Under the pieces are notes generated by a model. The model did not search any database, was not told the DNA's origin, and saw only the letters and a list, made by a program, of their open reading frames with translations. Both the position numbers and the translations under genes were made by a program. A DNA stretch of 64,000 nt from Amphiscolops sp. MND2022 (lineage: Eukaryota): contig OZ076409.1 in the NCBI GenBank assembly GCA_964187785.1, positions 43,526,001-43,590,000 of the forward strand. The letters are read 5' to 3'. Position 1 is the first letter of the stretch. Every line of letters begins with the position of its first letter. Of this stretch, positions 25,275 to 38,959 are shown piece by piece.

Positions 25275-26191
25275 CATTTATAGAATCCATAATGTCCCAA
25301 TCAACTTTAGGCAGATTAGCATCACCGAGAGCAATAACATTTCGAGAGGTAGCTAAGTTTTCGACTCTGTTAAAGAATTTTTTCCATTTTGCGATCGGCC
25401 AAACATAATTGCTGCTGTCATATGGAGGGTTATAAAAGGATATCAAATGATACGGCTCGTTGGCATTATATATTGTACAAGCTACTATATCGTATTCGTC
25501 AATTATGTCGAGGGGTTGGTGCCTTATGGAATTACTAACTGCAATCATTACGCCACCATGTTTTGTCTTGCTTTCGAATATTGTCTCTTTCCGATATAAG
25601 TGAAAACCTGGTAATGACAGCTCGTTATCTTCAAACATATTAGTCCACCATGTTTCGGAAAATGCAAATACTTTTGCTTTAGACGTTAGGATAGCCCGTT
25701 CTAGAGCATTGCGCTTTTCTTTCGCAATAATACTTCTTAGATTTGCACAAACCAGGTTAAGCGTGAAATCGTTGTGACTTTAGTCAATTGCTGCGATTTT
25801 CAATGTTCACTTGCTCACCCTTGTGATAAAGTTTCAATGAACGTATTTCCAATTCAGTAGGATCGATGCCTGATTCTATCTTTATAGCTTTGTTATGTTC
25901 TCAGTTTAAAAAATTAAAGACCTATATTCAAGTCTAGTAGTATTAGCATTAGAAATGAATCCTCAGAATTGATCTCAGGCAAACTCAGTAAAAAATCAGC
26001 TCTATTTCTATAGGTGATAGACCAAGTTTTCGATTTATATTTTTGCATAAAGACGATGCCCGGTTTTCGATGTAGCTCAACATTTCTTATAATTTTCCCC
26101 TGCACGTATATGATAAAAAGCGATAACACATTTCCTTTTAACCCAATTTTATCGAATTTCAGATACCTCTTGGTTCGCCTCAAACTCCAAA

Positions 26192-29174
26192 ATGGAACAA
26201 GCTTATAGAGAAGAAAGTACCTTCGACACTTCGGTTAGTCTTTCAAAATAGTGAAAATTCCGGCACAATTCGGTAGGTTTAGAATACTCTTCGTTTTTTT
26301 TAGTTTGTCCCTCGAGTGCTCGAGCAGCATAGAGAAAACCTTTGCAAATTGTTTCTGGGTGGATTGAATAAATCTGTCACGGATGACGACATCAGAGAAT
26401 ATTTCGCCCGATTCGGAAATGTCACTGACTGTGTGGCTATTAAAAAGTAAGTTATATTTCTGTGTACTGTCCTTTTTACCAACCAAAATGAGCTTCACGT
26501 GAGCGACATTCCCCCGCTCACTCAAGCTTCAAAGATAATGACTGGGCAATGTTCACAAGCGGAAAAAAATTGTCAACGGAAGTTTATAAGCCAGTGCCTA
26601 AATTTGGAATTCCGTTTCCAATGAAATTTTTAGAGCAGTTTTGATAAATGTTTGCTCCAATCAAAAATGCTCGTCTTTTCTGGTTCTTCTTTTCATTGGA
26701 GAGATGTAATAATTGGGCTTCTTTCAGCCGCGAGGACCCGAGTCGTGGAAATAAAGGATTCGGTTTCGTGACTTTCGACAGCTTGGAGTCAATAAATAAT
26801 GTCATGAATGAGTTCTCCTCGAACGGAATCGAACTCAGAGGCAAAACTATTGATTTGAAGAGGGCCATTCCAAAAGAGGTAAAAATCAGTTGCACACTTA
26901 TTTGCTGCTGTTTTTTACAAGCTGTTCAATAAATAACTTTTCATTTTAGGTATCCAACCCCAGAGCTGCTCACGCTCGAACCAAGAAATGCTTTGTCGGA
27001 GGTATTTCTCAGCACATGACGCAAGAAGATCTCGAAGATTACTTCAAGGCGTTTCCAGGCGTGACAATCGAAAAATTGGACTTCAAGGGAAAGTTCGCGT
27101 TTGTTGAATTTGGATCAGAGAACGATGCCGATCTGTTTTCAAGTAAGTAGGAGTTATCGAATTGATCTGTAATATCTCAAAAGGTCAATTACTGTTTTTA
27201 TTCGGAGAACAGTTTTTTAAGTGATGCAATTCTAGTAAAAACGAAATTGATCGTATATGAAATTGCTGTTAAACAAATTTTCGACTGCTAGGTGTGGCTT
27301 GTATTCGTGGGTATATATTTTTCGATCAACTACTTCATTGACATTTTTGTCGAATAACAAATTCTTTCAGTTATCAACCTTCATTCACATCCCAAGCAAG
27401 GTCACCGACCATTTGAAGTCAAGAAATCAGAGCCCAAAGGTGAGGGTGGAGATTTTGGTGGACGTGGCGGTGGTTTTGGAGGTGGCTTTAGAGGTGGTCG
27501 TGGACGAGGTGGAATGCCCCGCGGCGGGGGTTACCAAAGAGGAGGTTACGGCAGTGGAGGAGGAAGTTACGGTGGTGGATATGGTGGCAACTCCTATGGC
27601 GGTGGCGCTGGACCTGGTGCATATGGAGGAAGCGGTGGATATGATTCAGGATATGCATATGGTTAGTCTCACATTGTTACATAACGATGGATTTACGGTT
27701 TTTGTGTTGGCACAACCGTTTTACTCATTGGACTTCTCAGTTGCCATCTTGAGGCCTATGTCGTGCCTGTATAAAGTCAGGAAGTTGGGAGTATAATGTA
27801 TGGACCATGCGCATCGAAACCAAATAGGTAACGGTCTACGTATGTATGGCCCAGGTTACAGAGAGGGCTCGTCAAAAAGGTGTGGAAAGTGTCGATACGC
27901 TGCAAGCTGCAGAGCCTCCTTGCAGTGTCAGTAACGATTCCGTGAAAATAAATGAAAACCTCTGTAAGTGGAGGACTAATTTATAAAACAGGAAGTTCGA
28001 AAAAGATTTTTGGTACAAATTTTGGTAACATTTAAATGTTTAGACAACTTTGGAGCTGCTCCTGCGCCTGCCGCTGGTGCATCTGGCTATGGAGCCAGTG
28101 CATATGATAGTGGATCCTACGGGGCGTCTGCTTACGGATCTGGAGCTTACGGTGCAACTGCGCAAAATGGAACTGGCGGCTATGGAGATAGTTACGCACA
28201 AGGATACGGAGCAACCAGCACAACTGGCTACGCATCAGGATATGGATCCATGAATGGCGGAGGAATGGGATCATATGGCCAGGAAGCTTCAGGTTTCGGA
28301 CCCACACGAGGTACAATTGTTTTAGCTTAATTAAAAGTAACAAGCTGGGACCGGCCCAAGTCGGCGCCATATCCAAGGCTCAAAAATAGCAAAAAGACTT
28401 CCAACTGTCAAGTATTCTCTTTTACAGACGAAAATCTAAAATTTTACGAAAAAAATTTTTCGAAAAAATTACATACCCAGAAAAATGGACCGAGTGGCGC
28501 GCCGGGGCCCGCTAGCGCGAGCCCCTGGCGCGCTGAAAGGAGGACACTTCCGAAATTGTCAACATTTTTGTCGCAGTTGAAGTGGTTTTGTCGCAAAACA
28601 TCAAAAAATTGAAGGGGAGAAAAATTTTTATTTTCGGAAAAAAATCTCGTGCCGAAAAAAAACTGAAAGGGGGGACCCTTTGGGATTTTCCGACATCCAT
28701 TCTGTCGCAAAACAGCAAAAAAATTGAAGGGGGCCCTTTGGGGAAAATTTTTTCCGGAAAAAAGTCTTGCAGTGCCGAAAAAAAATAGGAAGGGGGGCCC
28801 TTTGGTCTCGCCGGGTATGGTATGTTACGCGGGAAACAGGAAAAACCTTTTTGGTTCAGTTCGCTAGACCAAATAGTGCAGTTTGGTGCAATAATATTTT
28901 GTAGAACTTTTGTAGAACTATTTTGGTCAGTTCGTGTGGATTGAAAAAAAAGAAAAGCCACTATAATAGTCGCGTTTCACTTCATAAAGCGCCGACTAAA
29001 AACTAAAAGTAAAAAAAAGTAGCTTAGTAAAAACCAAAGAAATCCTTGGAGGCATTCGAATATTTCCTCTTGGATGTCCATATTCAAGGGTTTTGGTTAT
29101 TTTCAGGTGGCCGTGGCGGTGGTGGTTTCGGAGGACGAGGAGGAGGTCGAGGTGGACGAACTCGTCCTTATTAA
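26192..29174 (+). CDS. hnRNP A/B-family RNA-binding protein (2 RRM + Gly/Tyr-rich RGG tail, C-terminal RPY), ~384 aa
   Basis: Exons 26192-26233, 26304-26446, 26728-26878, 26950-27142, 27371-27661, 28044-28310 and 29107-29174. All introns GT-AG with consistent phases (1155 nt). RRM1 KLFLGGL...KGFGFVTF...KRAIPK. RRM2 KKCFVGGI...KFAFVEF...EVKK. Tail GSYGQEASGFGPTRGGRGG...RTRPY*. Confidence 0.93.
28339..29002 (-). mobile_element. Helentron-associated non-autonomous element (HINE/DINE-1-like), family 1, in hnRNP intron 6
   Basis: Subterminal inverted repeats AGTCGGCGC / GCGCCGACT, a 3' hairpin (GCCGG-TC-CC(G/A)GC) followed by TTGTT, a T-run at the 5' end and no TSD. Internal TTTTCGGCAC/GGGTCCCCC repeats. 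Confidence 0.75.
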
Positions 29175-32100
29175 ATATCCGTGTCTATACTGCAAACAGT
29201 GAGTCATTTTGAATTCTGATTTTTACTCGACAAGCGATCCTTTAAGTCGAAAAAATATAAATTTTGGAATTGTATGTATAAGTTCAACGCTATTGGAAAT
29301 TTGAATTTTGGAATTTTGCTAAGAGTGTAATCGAAGAGGATAGGTAACGTATAAGACATTTGGTTGAATGTGATAATGTTTCGTTGATACTTTAGGTTAT
29401 CATGAATCTACTACACATAAGAGATGAAAGTGCAATGCAAGAAGACTTGACATTCTAAGGACTACTACTACTACTACTCATTCTACTCATTGTGTCCTGT
29501 AACTAGCTTAGACATAACCAACAATTGTCCCTCTGTGCCAACCATTGACGAGGAAAGCAAAGATGAAGAATATTTAGCTACGAACTAAGTGCTTAAGAAC
29601 TAAGTGTCGTCGTCTAAGTCTAGTCTAGGCTAAGACTAAGACATGCCAAGTCGCAACCTGTTCTTAAACGCACCTGAACTTGTTCGTACTCGTGGAACTC
29701 TTTTGATATAACCTTTACCTCCAAACTGTAATACGTGACATTTTTATTAAACTTTGTTATCCAGTATTGTACGTTGACCACCCATGCGTATTTAATTTCG
29801 TAGGGCAGTCATGGGTTTATTTGATATTGCGTGTTTCATGATGAACTCAACTGTGCAAGTATACTAGGGCGCTTAAGGCTAGATTCATCTTTGACATGTT
29901 TAGCTTCTTGAAATTTCATGCCATGTGCTATCCTCAATTGTGGGTCACGAAATAATACAGCGCATTACTTCTACATGTTAAGTAAGGAATTCTTATTTTG
30001 AATATCAATATGCATTTCGTGATCCATGTCCTAAGTTTGATCTTTTTGTTTGTTGATGTTTATCGAAGTAGAACAAGTATTTTCAATAATGGCGTTCAAA
30101 TAGGTTTTCAACCCATTGATTGACCCAAGATTTATTCATTAATTTATACATTATTGCAAGGGCTAATCTAGAAAAAAAAGGAAACCTATTAGGACTTTGC
30201 TTGTTTGTAAATTCATTCTTCGATTTGTTTCCAAAACCCTCTTATATGTTTGACCACAAGTTTTATATCATGCAAAAGTGAATGCGCCTCCGTATGAATG
30301 ACGTTATCTAGCTGGATTTGCAACAATGAGGTTATGAAGATAGATGATATAACTGAAGATCTGTTCAATTTTTAACGTTCTTTTCCATCGTCTCTTGTTC
30401 AATATATTTTTCGTTGTCTTTGAAAAACTTTATTAAGCTAGAATTCAGTAGGTTGCATATTGAAGATAATTTACCATAAGTTCTGTAGCCAGCTATAAAA
30501 AAAATCGAAGCTTACCGTAGCTTAATTATCAATGATAATAATGATTTTGAATTTACTACAAGGTTACTACAAAGTAGTGATCCATGTCAACGAATAAGAA
30601 CCTATACAAAAACTGAACTCACGACCAATTCTTCAGGCGCGTGGATTTTCGTGTCAGTTAAAAACAAATATAGCTGATGATCAAACAGCTGATCATTGAA
30701 CGACATGTTGGTTTCTTTTCAAGTTCTATATGAAAACCATTGGCATCGACTAATGCGGGATTTATAAAGTTCTTCTGGAACTGATATGCCCGTAAAAAGA
30801 CATGAAACCAAAAACTTGTGAGCCTATCGTGTTTCTATGTGCCTGAGGTTTGAAAAACATTTGAATCTCATCTCTGCGACTGACTGATTTTTTGTCCTGA
30901 ACCCTGTCAATCCTCTAATATACCCAGTTCGGAAATACTACCCGAGTCGCAAAGGATACAGTTTGGAAGTTGATAATATTCTTCATCACAAGCAACTTAA
31001 TCTGGAAAATGGGGCCTGAGCTAAACACCCATTAGTCTCGAAAGTGTCTATTTTTTCCAAAGCTACTTGTTCATTGTAATTCATATTCATCATAATGCCA
31101 TTGAAACCTGGAATTAACCTTCAAAATAGAGAAATATAACACTTTCATCGATTGTTGATTGTTCGACAAGTCTTTTCGTAAGTAGTGGAATTGCTTCATT
31201 GAAATGCAGCAGCCACATTTGTTTTCACTGAACGGGCCTTTAGAAGTCGGCGTTCCGAAAATATGGCCATACATACTTACATTCAAGTAAACAACCGACT
31301 CAGCAACAAAAATCGCACGGTACCGTATACTATCTATGTACCTTAGATGACAACTAAAAGTTAAATATTTAATAATCGGTACAATAAAAGACTTCACAAT
31401 CTAGGCGTTCTCTTAAATTGAAATAAATCGGAAAAATCCGTGTTCTTTCAAAAAAAATCAAGCTTCGAAAGTGTTTTTCATTCATAGCTTTATGTAAGTA
31501 ATTGAAGTAAAAGAATGATAGTTCTGAAAATCGTTTCTTAACTGAAGAGTCCAAAACGATAACGTCTTTATGCAGGGAAAATTTATGCAAGGAACGAACT
31601 TTTTGCGGGGATTCGTGAACGCTTTTGACGACTTCCTGTTTCGAAAATATTGATTCATTCTCAATGACTGACGATTTCAACCAGAAAAGAATGCGTGTTA
31701 TTTCAGTCACATGTACAAATTTTTTGAAGCAGTTATATGACAAATTCTAACAAAGAATTCAATGAAAAAATTAGTAGCAAAATTGAATAATCAAAGTTGA
31801 TCGTGTTAGGATTGAAATCATTTTTTAAACATGAGATACCGTCGTTCAATGAAATTTTGTACATGCTGATTTTTGCATTATTGGATCTAAAATTTAGCGG
31901 GTTTCAAATTGACCTTTGATTTTTTTCTGCACTAGCATTTTTCTGATGATTTAGTTAATAGCTGATGTGACTGGCAGTGTTAGCAGTTTTAGAACAAGGT
32001 TTTAATGTGGTTGAAACGTGATGCACTTTCTGTTCTACTGTTCTATGCTGCCATATTTCCAGGAACGCTTTTTCCGCCTTTTGCTGAAAAGCGCTTTGGT

Positions 32101-35100
32101 CCAAATGGAAAGCTTATACTGTTCACTGTCGCGATTGATGCTAAAGTTTGAATTTAGAGATATGCCATTTTCATTTGACCACTTAGTTTTTGCAGTAAAA
32201 GTTAAAATTGACTGAAAAAAAACTTGACTAAAAAACCAATAAAACACGGCTCTTTTCTGTTTTACCCCCCTCCACCGCCAAAATTTTTGAAAGGAAGTTT
32301 CATTAAAAACTTCAGACTAGCCTGAATAAAAATGAAACCTTCTTTCATAACGGGAATTTAACGTCTATTAGAATAGTTTTTTGTTTGAACAAAACCTTTG
32401 TTTTTGTTCACACATTTCGACTATAATTATGTTCGCATTAAGTGTTTATTGATGACTCAAAACAGGAAGCTGTTGATTTCTTCATCAAAAATGCGTGACT
32501 ACTTAGGGAAAAAGTGTGAACTAAGTTTGTATCTCAATTCCAAACTGTCACTCTGGAAATTTAAAATTGAAGCTTTCTGGTTTGTATTCAAGTCTTTGTT
32601 ATAAGATTTTCACTATTTTTCCAAAAAAAATTGGTGGGGGGAATACAGAAAAGCCGAAACACGTTTTTACCACTTTTTGACACCATTATTGCCAAATTAT
32701 TATTTGTGATCATCAGTTGTTAAAAATTAAATTGATTTGGCATCAGAAGTAATTAACGTGCCTCGGTGACGCATCGCTCTGATCTGTAAGGCATGCGTCC
32801 ACTTTCGGGGCAAATTGCAATGCTTTAACAACTATCTTATTTGCCTTAGAAATAATTATAGTTTCTCTAAACAAAAAAGAACGAATACAGTGTAGTTGGG
32901 TCATGTTTGTAAAGGGCCCGAAACAGCATAATGATGCCAATTAAGTAGGATTCTTAAGAAAAACGAATTAATAAAAGAAGTACAAAATACATGCAGCATC
33001 TTTAATGCAAAATACAAACCGGAGGTGCATGTACATGTATGTACAGTAGATTTCATCACATGCTGAAAAGTAAACCATTTATTTTAGCCTTCATCTTGTG
33101 ATATTATTTTCCTCAACTCAAAATATTAGGATGCCCATGTTGTGGCGACTGATATTCGAAAGAAGAAATTAAAGAGGAATATTTCACTTTTTCACGAATT
33201 CATGGTCAGCGAGGAGCTCGCGAAACTCGTAAATGGGGGAAGTCATAAAAATTTGTTTGACAGTAATAAGATTTGGAATTCGAACATAGGCTATACAGTT
33301 GTTCTAAAAACTGATCTTTCACTATGTCCCCACCTTTTGACTCGTTACACTGTCCACCTCCACCCCCTGTATTCGCTTCTTCACTCAGCCAAGCAGAAGC
33401 GTTGATTCTTCATACATGTATTAAAAGTGTTTCACTTAGTTCTCCCTTTTGCGATGTATTTAAGAGCGTTTCACTTTGTTCCCCTTTTTGCTATGGGGAG
33501 GGGGGGGTGTAAAGTGAAAGAGATTCCTAAAAACACAACTCCATTTCTGATTCGGTTGAAAATTGAGTTATTTCGAATATTCAGTGACTTGGTGAAGAAG
33601 TCTGTTCTTCAGAAATTTTGATTAGAAATATACACAATATCTTGTGTCTATGATTTTTGAAATACATGTTATAGTCAAAACTCTAGATTTGAAGGCAATA
33701 AATGGCCCAATTTCATAGAAAATCATATTTCCAACTTCTTGGAAGTTCAAAAAATATTTTGTAATTGTTTGAACTTCTTAATTTTGTAATTTGTAAACTT
33801 TGTAATTTTGGTTATAAAATTTCAAATAAAAATTGAAAACTACAAAACAAACTCAAAACTTTCTTGGATGACAAGTTTTTGTATCCCTGATAACAATTTG
33901 ATCTTCGCTACTTGGAGCATTGGAGTTGTTAATTGAAAACGCTACTGCCTTAGTAATGGAATTGCTGAGGTAGTTGGATTCAAACTGTTTGAATCGAAAA
34001 CGATTTTGCAATTGAGATCCGACACAAACTACATGTATCTGGTATTCCAATATTAATTTTTCGAGCGGTACAAATTTTGCTAAATTGAGGATGTGGCAAT
34101 TGGGAGAAACAATTAGACTGGTTTTTAAAATTGAAATACCAGACATCGGCCCGAGAAGTTGATTTGCCATGATATTGTGAAAAAGAATACCTTGGAGGAC
34201 CATTGAACATTTGTTTCATTCATGTTTTTTCACTATCGAGTGTGTTCATTTTAAACGCAATATCCGGTCTTGAATCTCTAATGTCTGCCATTAATGTAGC
34301 TCCAATTCCGTAGAGCACCTGACAAAGTAAGATAACTCTACTATGATGAATAAACATGTAATTGTTTTTCGATTGAATGTTGGGTGTATATTTTTTGGGT
34401 GTTTCAGGTATTCCTTTTATTTAGGTTTTTCTAAGTTTCTAGCAAAGGACTATGCATACAAGTGCATACGCGCAACGCTCGTGGTTAGGACTTCGTAATA
34501 CAGTAACAACCAGTGTAAGTTTCCTAAAGGATTTCAAATTATTTTAAGCAATAATTTTATACCCTTGTTAGGTTAGATGCTATTCTGTTGCTGTTTTCTA
34601 GCGCTGGAAATACTTGGTCTCCTGACCAAAATTCGCCGCTGATTTGTCGACAGCTTGGAATGTATTGGTAAGTTTCTAAGCTTTCCAAGAAAATCTATGT
34701 TGCCTGGCAAGGGTTCCAAAAAATAATATACTAATAACCGACACAAATGCATGTCATGGTGCTTTTGATAGTCAATCTTTATCAATTTGATTTTTGCTTT
34801 TAGGTTTCAACATATTTAAGCAGTTGAAATTTCAAAAGCTTCAAATCGCATTGAACCAAATACATTTTATTAGATCAAAATGGTTCATCCAAAATCATGC
34901 AAATGACCAAATTGATTATCTTCCAACAGATAATGCATAGAAAATCAAGTTTTAATACTTTATGCAACGACTAAAAATTAGTTCAATTTTGAGTTTGACG
35001 AAAACATGATGGAAGCGTGGACTACAAGAGATTTGATTGAAATACAAGTTTAGCTGAAGAAGGAGGATCTCTATTTTCAACTCTTGGAACATCTCTGTTA

Positions 35101-35873
35101 TTAACACTGCCTTGTTTGAAATTTCAAACTTGAAAATATGCTGAAAATGTTCCTCAAATTTTCCTGTAATACTTTTAGAATTCAATTGAACTTGATTTTG
35201 AGATTTTTGAATGTCATTTAAATGGAGTTCAACGGTTAAACGATGAATGGAAAAGCCCAGACCTGGCGTCGATACTTTGATTACTTAGTTTCAATTCCCT
35301 TCGTATTTCAAGATCATTCAGTTTTGTTTAACCAATGAGCTAATGCCATATAAAAGTGTTTGCAAAATGTCCGAGGACGGATTTGTTTTCGCTAACTCAA
35401 CAGTGACATCCCGTTTAATTACCGAGTGAATGTGATAAGGGCAATAAAAGACCCCATAATATTTGCACGACTTCAATATTGATAATGCCAAGAGGCGTGT
35501 TCTCCCAGACACAGGTTTACATAATTAGAGCCGAATCATTCTCACCTCATATTTCAGCCTGAACAGTCGGTGGAAGTGTGATCACTTTTTGGTGCTTTCT
35601 TGTCAAGAACTTTCTCGTACTGCAGGTAAGGCTTTGAATATTATGAATTTGCAATTTTGAAATAATACCTAGCCAACTTACGTGCAAAAATGTCTATATT
35701 TCAATATGCTGTCTGTTGGTTGTTTAATGCGGCAATGTAATTTTGAATCCTCGTAAATTTCTAGCTCCCTCTTATGTCAGATTTCCGCTAAATCTTTGAG
35801 CCTAACTCTGAAAACATGATACTTCCATACATTTTTGTTGATTAAAGCCAAAACATTTTCCGATGCTTCAGAA

Positions 35874-36987
35874 ATGGCTGCCCTCATCCACGTCGTCACC
35901 AATGTGCCCGAAGACAAATTCACAGATGGAGACAAGGCTCAGGGCATCGTCAGCACCATCGCATCCAAGTTCGGCATTGAAGAAAAGGTTACTCATTGTC
36001 AATATTTTCGAAATTCACTATAACCCTGCTGCTGTCTCCTCTGCAATTCTTTTGAAACGTCATCCTTCTCGTACTGACAAGCTTTTAAATTGGCGCCCCT
36101 GACTCTTGATTTTCCAACGATGATATTTGACCGAATCAAAGACTTCGCCGGCCGACCTGAGTTTTCGTTGAATTTCTTTGTGATTTGAATCACGAGTTAC
36201 AATTCATTTTTGACGCCAAGATGTTCAATTTTGACAGCCTTTTAAGGATCGTCAAATTTCGGTCGAAATTCCTCATTATCAAAACATGTTCTTCATATTA
36301 GCTTCATATTTTTCTCATTCAAAATATTGTGACTCAGATTGGTAATTTCAATCTGCTTTGCCATTCGCTGTAGCAGTTCATTTTTTGCAGTTTTCGGTAT
36401 TGACTGAATTTCCCATTTTTGCACATCTTTCATTTTTTGCGTGTTTGGAGTGTGCTTTTGTCCCAAGCGTTCCCGCGCTTTGTAATGTTTGGCTGTTTAG
36501 AACATTGTCATGATGTTCAACGCTGGCGCCAAAGCTTGGTTCCAGAACTCAGGAGATCCCATCTTTGTCATCAAAGTAGTTGCTCCTCCTCAACTGACAA
36601 CTGCTGACAACGTCAAACTGGCCATTGAGAACATCACTAAATGTGTCAAGGAAAATCACCCCGATGTCAAGGAAGATAGGTTTGTTACATATTTGGTTTT
36701 CACGGTGACAGATGAAATCAAAATTATCGCACCCGTTAAAATTGTGACTCAAATTTTTGTCTTGTTTTGACTATTTTAATTTGTCTGGGATCTGAAATCT
36801 GCATGGCTTTGTATGTATCTAAGTACATGTATCCTGTATGTTTTGCGCTGAAATTTTGGGTTAAAAAACTTTGAAATTACAAACAGCATTTTTGTTTTCC
36901 AGGGTTCTGATTTTCTTTGGACCACACGAACCCACCATGGCTGGAATTGCTGGTGTTACCATGGCCGAATATGCAGCGAAACAATGA
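35874..36987 (+). CDS. MIF / D-dopachrome tautomerase-like protein, ~125 aa, lacking N-terminal Pro
   Basis: Exons 35874-35987, 36501-36679 and 36903-36987 (378 nt). Protein MAALIHVVTNVPEDKF...IASKFGIEEK|NIVMMFNAGAKAWFQNSGDPIFVIKV...EDR|VLIFFGPHEPTMAGIAGVTMAEYAAKQ*. TNV motif, length, and intron positions/phases (0, then 2 inside DR) match recalled vertebrate MIF. AATAAA overlaps the stop. Probable 5'UTR exon 35558-35626. Confidence 0.8.
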
Positions 36988-37992
36988 ATAAACTTGTATT
37001 TTCATCAAACTGACCCAATTAATTGCACGCAATTGACATAGTTTTGTGGAAGCATTTGCAGTGCTCACAATAAAATTTTGGAATTCATCTTTTTTATACA
37101 TGTATGAATGTGAATTCTGGAAAAAAAACTTCATTTAAATTGCAACTCCGGTGAAAAACCCACTCTACCTGTCCATTATAATTTTACTTTGAAGTAAAGA
37201 ATCTCAAGTATTTACTTAGAATAAAAAATTACATTTACATCGTCCTAGTATGCAGAAAAACATGAAGTTTCTTGATTACAAACTAAAATTCTACCTTGTG
37301 AAGGAAATATGACCGGCAGAGGTACTGCGACATGTTTCCTGGAATTGAAAAGTGAATGTAGTTTGAAGATGTCACGCTAATGTCTGGCGTGAACGTTTGT
37401 ATGCCTCCAAAGATTGCGTCATTTGGCCTTCATTCTCTAAGTATGACCTACTTCAGCTGATGGTTAGTATATGTGTACTTCGAACGCTGAACTAAGTATT
37501 AGGTCTTATTTGTACCGAAGAAGTAAGATTTGTAGCGATGACGAAGTGTAATGCGAACGATTTTTCCGGAAAAGTTTCTTCAGTATTACATCGAAAGGTG
37601 TTGATCACTTCATTCGTGGTTTCACATAATTAGACATCCCCAAATAGTCCCAGCTTTGAGGGTTTTTTGGCACTGCAGAACTTTCATTTTTTCATTCCAC
37701 CAATAACTTGACTTCCCCTTCGATTTTAAAAATGTTTCTTTCAAGGAAAATCGCGTGAAATTCTCGGCACTATGAGAACCTGTTAATTCTGCAGTCTTTT
37801 AAAAATGATTGCGTTTTTGTATCTCGAGAGGTGTGCCGATTTGGGCCGTGCCCGCTGGCTAGAGAAACCATTTAAACCCATGAAAGTTTCCGATTCTGAA
37901 CAATCGGTGACAACACGATCCTTCGTAGAAAGATTTGTGTTGCATTCTACGTTTGAACTCGCATTTAAAGTTGAGATTTTGTCTAAAAAGCT

Positions 37993-38719
37993 TTAGTACT
38001 TACACTTTTCATAATATTCCTTTTTTTCATTGGATATGAGTGTGTTTTTTGGGTGAAAAAGTGATTGTTGGCGGTTTTTATTTGCTAGTTTCTCTATTGC
38101 CAGGGTAATTTGATTGACTGCGTCAAGTGGTTTTGTTGTCGAAATTGACGTATTTTGGTCTGCGTGGGATCCTTTCGTGTCGTTCAAAGACTGAAAGATT
38201 TGTGAACTTGGTCTATGGAGTTAGCATGTGATAATCCTCTTCATTAGAGTTTTCATTTATGAGAACCGTTTCGTTAAGATCTAGTTCATTTTGGAACGCT
38301 GGTTCTACTGGATGCCTTGAATTCCTCATTTCTGGGGCCCTGAAAGGATAATATTTATCTTCTAAATCAGTATTTTGGTTGTCTGATGCGTGACGTTCTA
38401 TAGACTGTACTTTTTTGGATCACATTGGATTTTGCATCTCATTTATATCAGATCTAGGGTTTGTTATAGTTAAGGTGTTTTTATAGGATCATATTTCCTT
38501 CAAGTTTATCTTCATCTCTTTCCAGAGTTTTCCAGTTCTGTCATTTTTCTTTTGCTCACGAATCTGGGCCCACACTTGGATTTCGTTGTCGATTAGACTA
38601 GGTTCAGTCAAGTGCGAACCCATGTAATTTTCTCCTAATTTCTTTTGGCCTTCATTCGTTTCTCTTTCCGGCGACGGACTTTCTAGCCTTCCAGACCTTC
38701 TATTTTGTCTGTTTCCCAA
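37993..38719 (-). mobile_element. Decayed LTR-retrotransposon (Gypsy-like) LTR-end/gag fragment
   Basis: MGNRQNRRSGRLESPSPERE...ENSNEEDYH|MLT.. followed by ..NQITLAIEKLANKN..FHPKNTL... The junction TATCACA|TGCT resembles an LTR end plus degenerate PBS. Stops and frameshifts present. Confidence 0.5.
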
Positions 38720-38959
38720 TTATGCTCAAGTGAAAACAGGTTTACGGTGCAGGGAAAGATTTGAATTTCTTTCTAAAACTGAGATCTAATTTTGAAGAAG
38801 CTGTGGATACCGAAGTTACTGCTCGTGAAGAAATTTTTTTTCGAATGAAATAATCTCTTTGCGCCGTTATTCGTTGAACAAAACTAACACCATGACGATC
38901 CTTTTTACAGAAGTCATGGGCTTTTTAAAATATAATTAGGATTACGTCAGATTCCGTAA

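Larger units (their letters stand above)
21951..25890 (-). mobile_element. Decayed CR1/L2-group LINE (end of ORF1, APE endonuclease, RT) with three nested insertions
   Basis: APE motifs: FSETWW, HGGVMIAV, YNPP, LGDANLPKVDW, LDLV..SNH. RT motifs: SKSKGHD, SQFGFTKGKST, GVPQGSILGPTLF, FTDDSK, EKDLGVII, LENVQKLSTKWIL, LKILPL. Many stops and frameshifts. Confidence 0.92.

Noticed and set aside
26150..26195. AG acceptors just upstream of the ATG in all three genes as evidence of trans-splicing
   Set aside because: Plausible upstream cis donors exist (e.g. GTAAGG at 35627 for the MIF-like gene, GTAAGA near 58495 for STT3A), so ordinary 5'UTR introns explain them.
27257..27796. 179-aa Val/Glu-rich ORF
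   Set aside because: Alternative frame over the Gly-rich hnRNP exon 5 and flanking introns.
29800..35500. Short minus-strand ORFs and exon-like segments (31071-31743, 33853-34320, 34565-34695)
   Set aside because: No recognisable motif and no consistent spliced frame could be built; may be a decayed or unknown gene.
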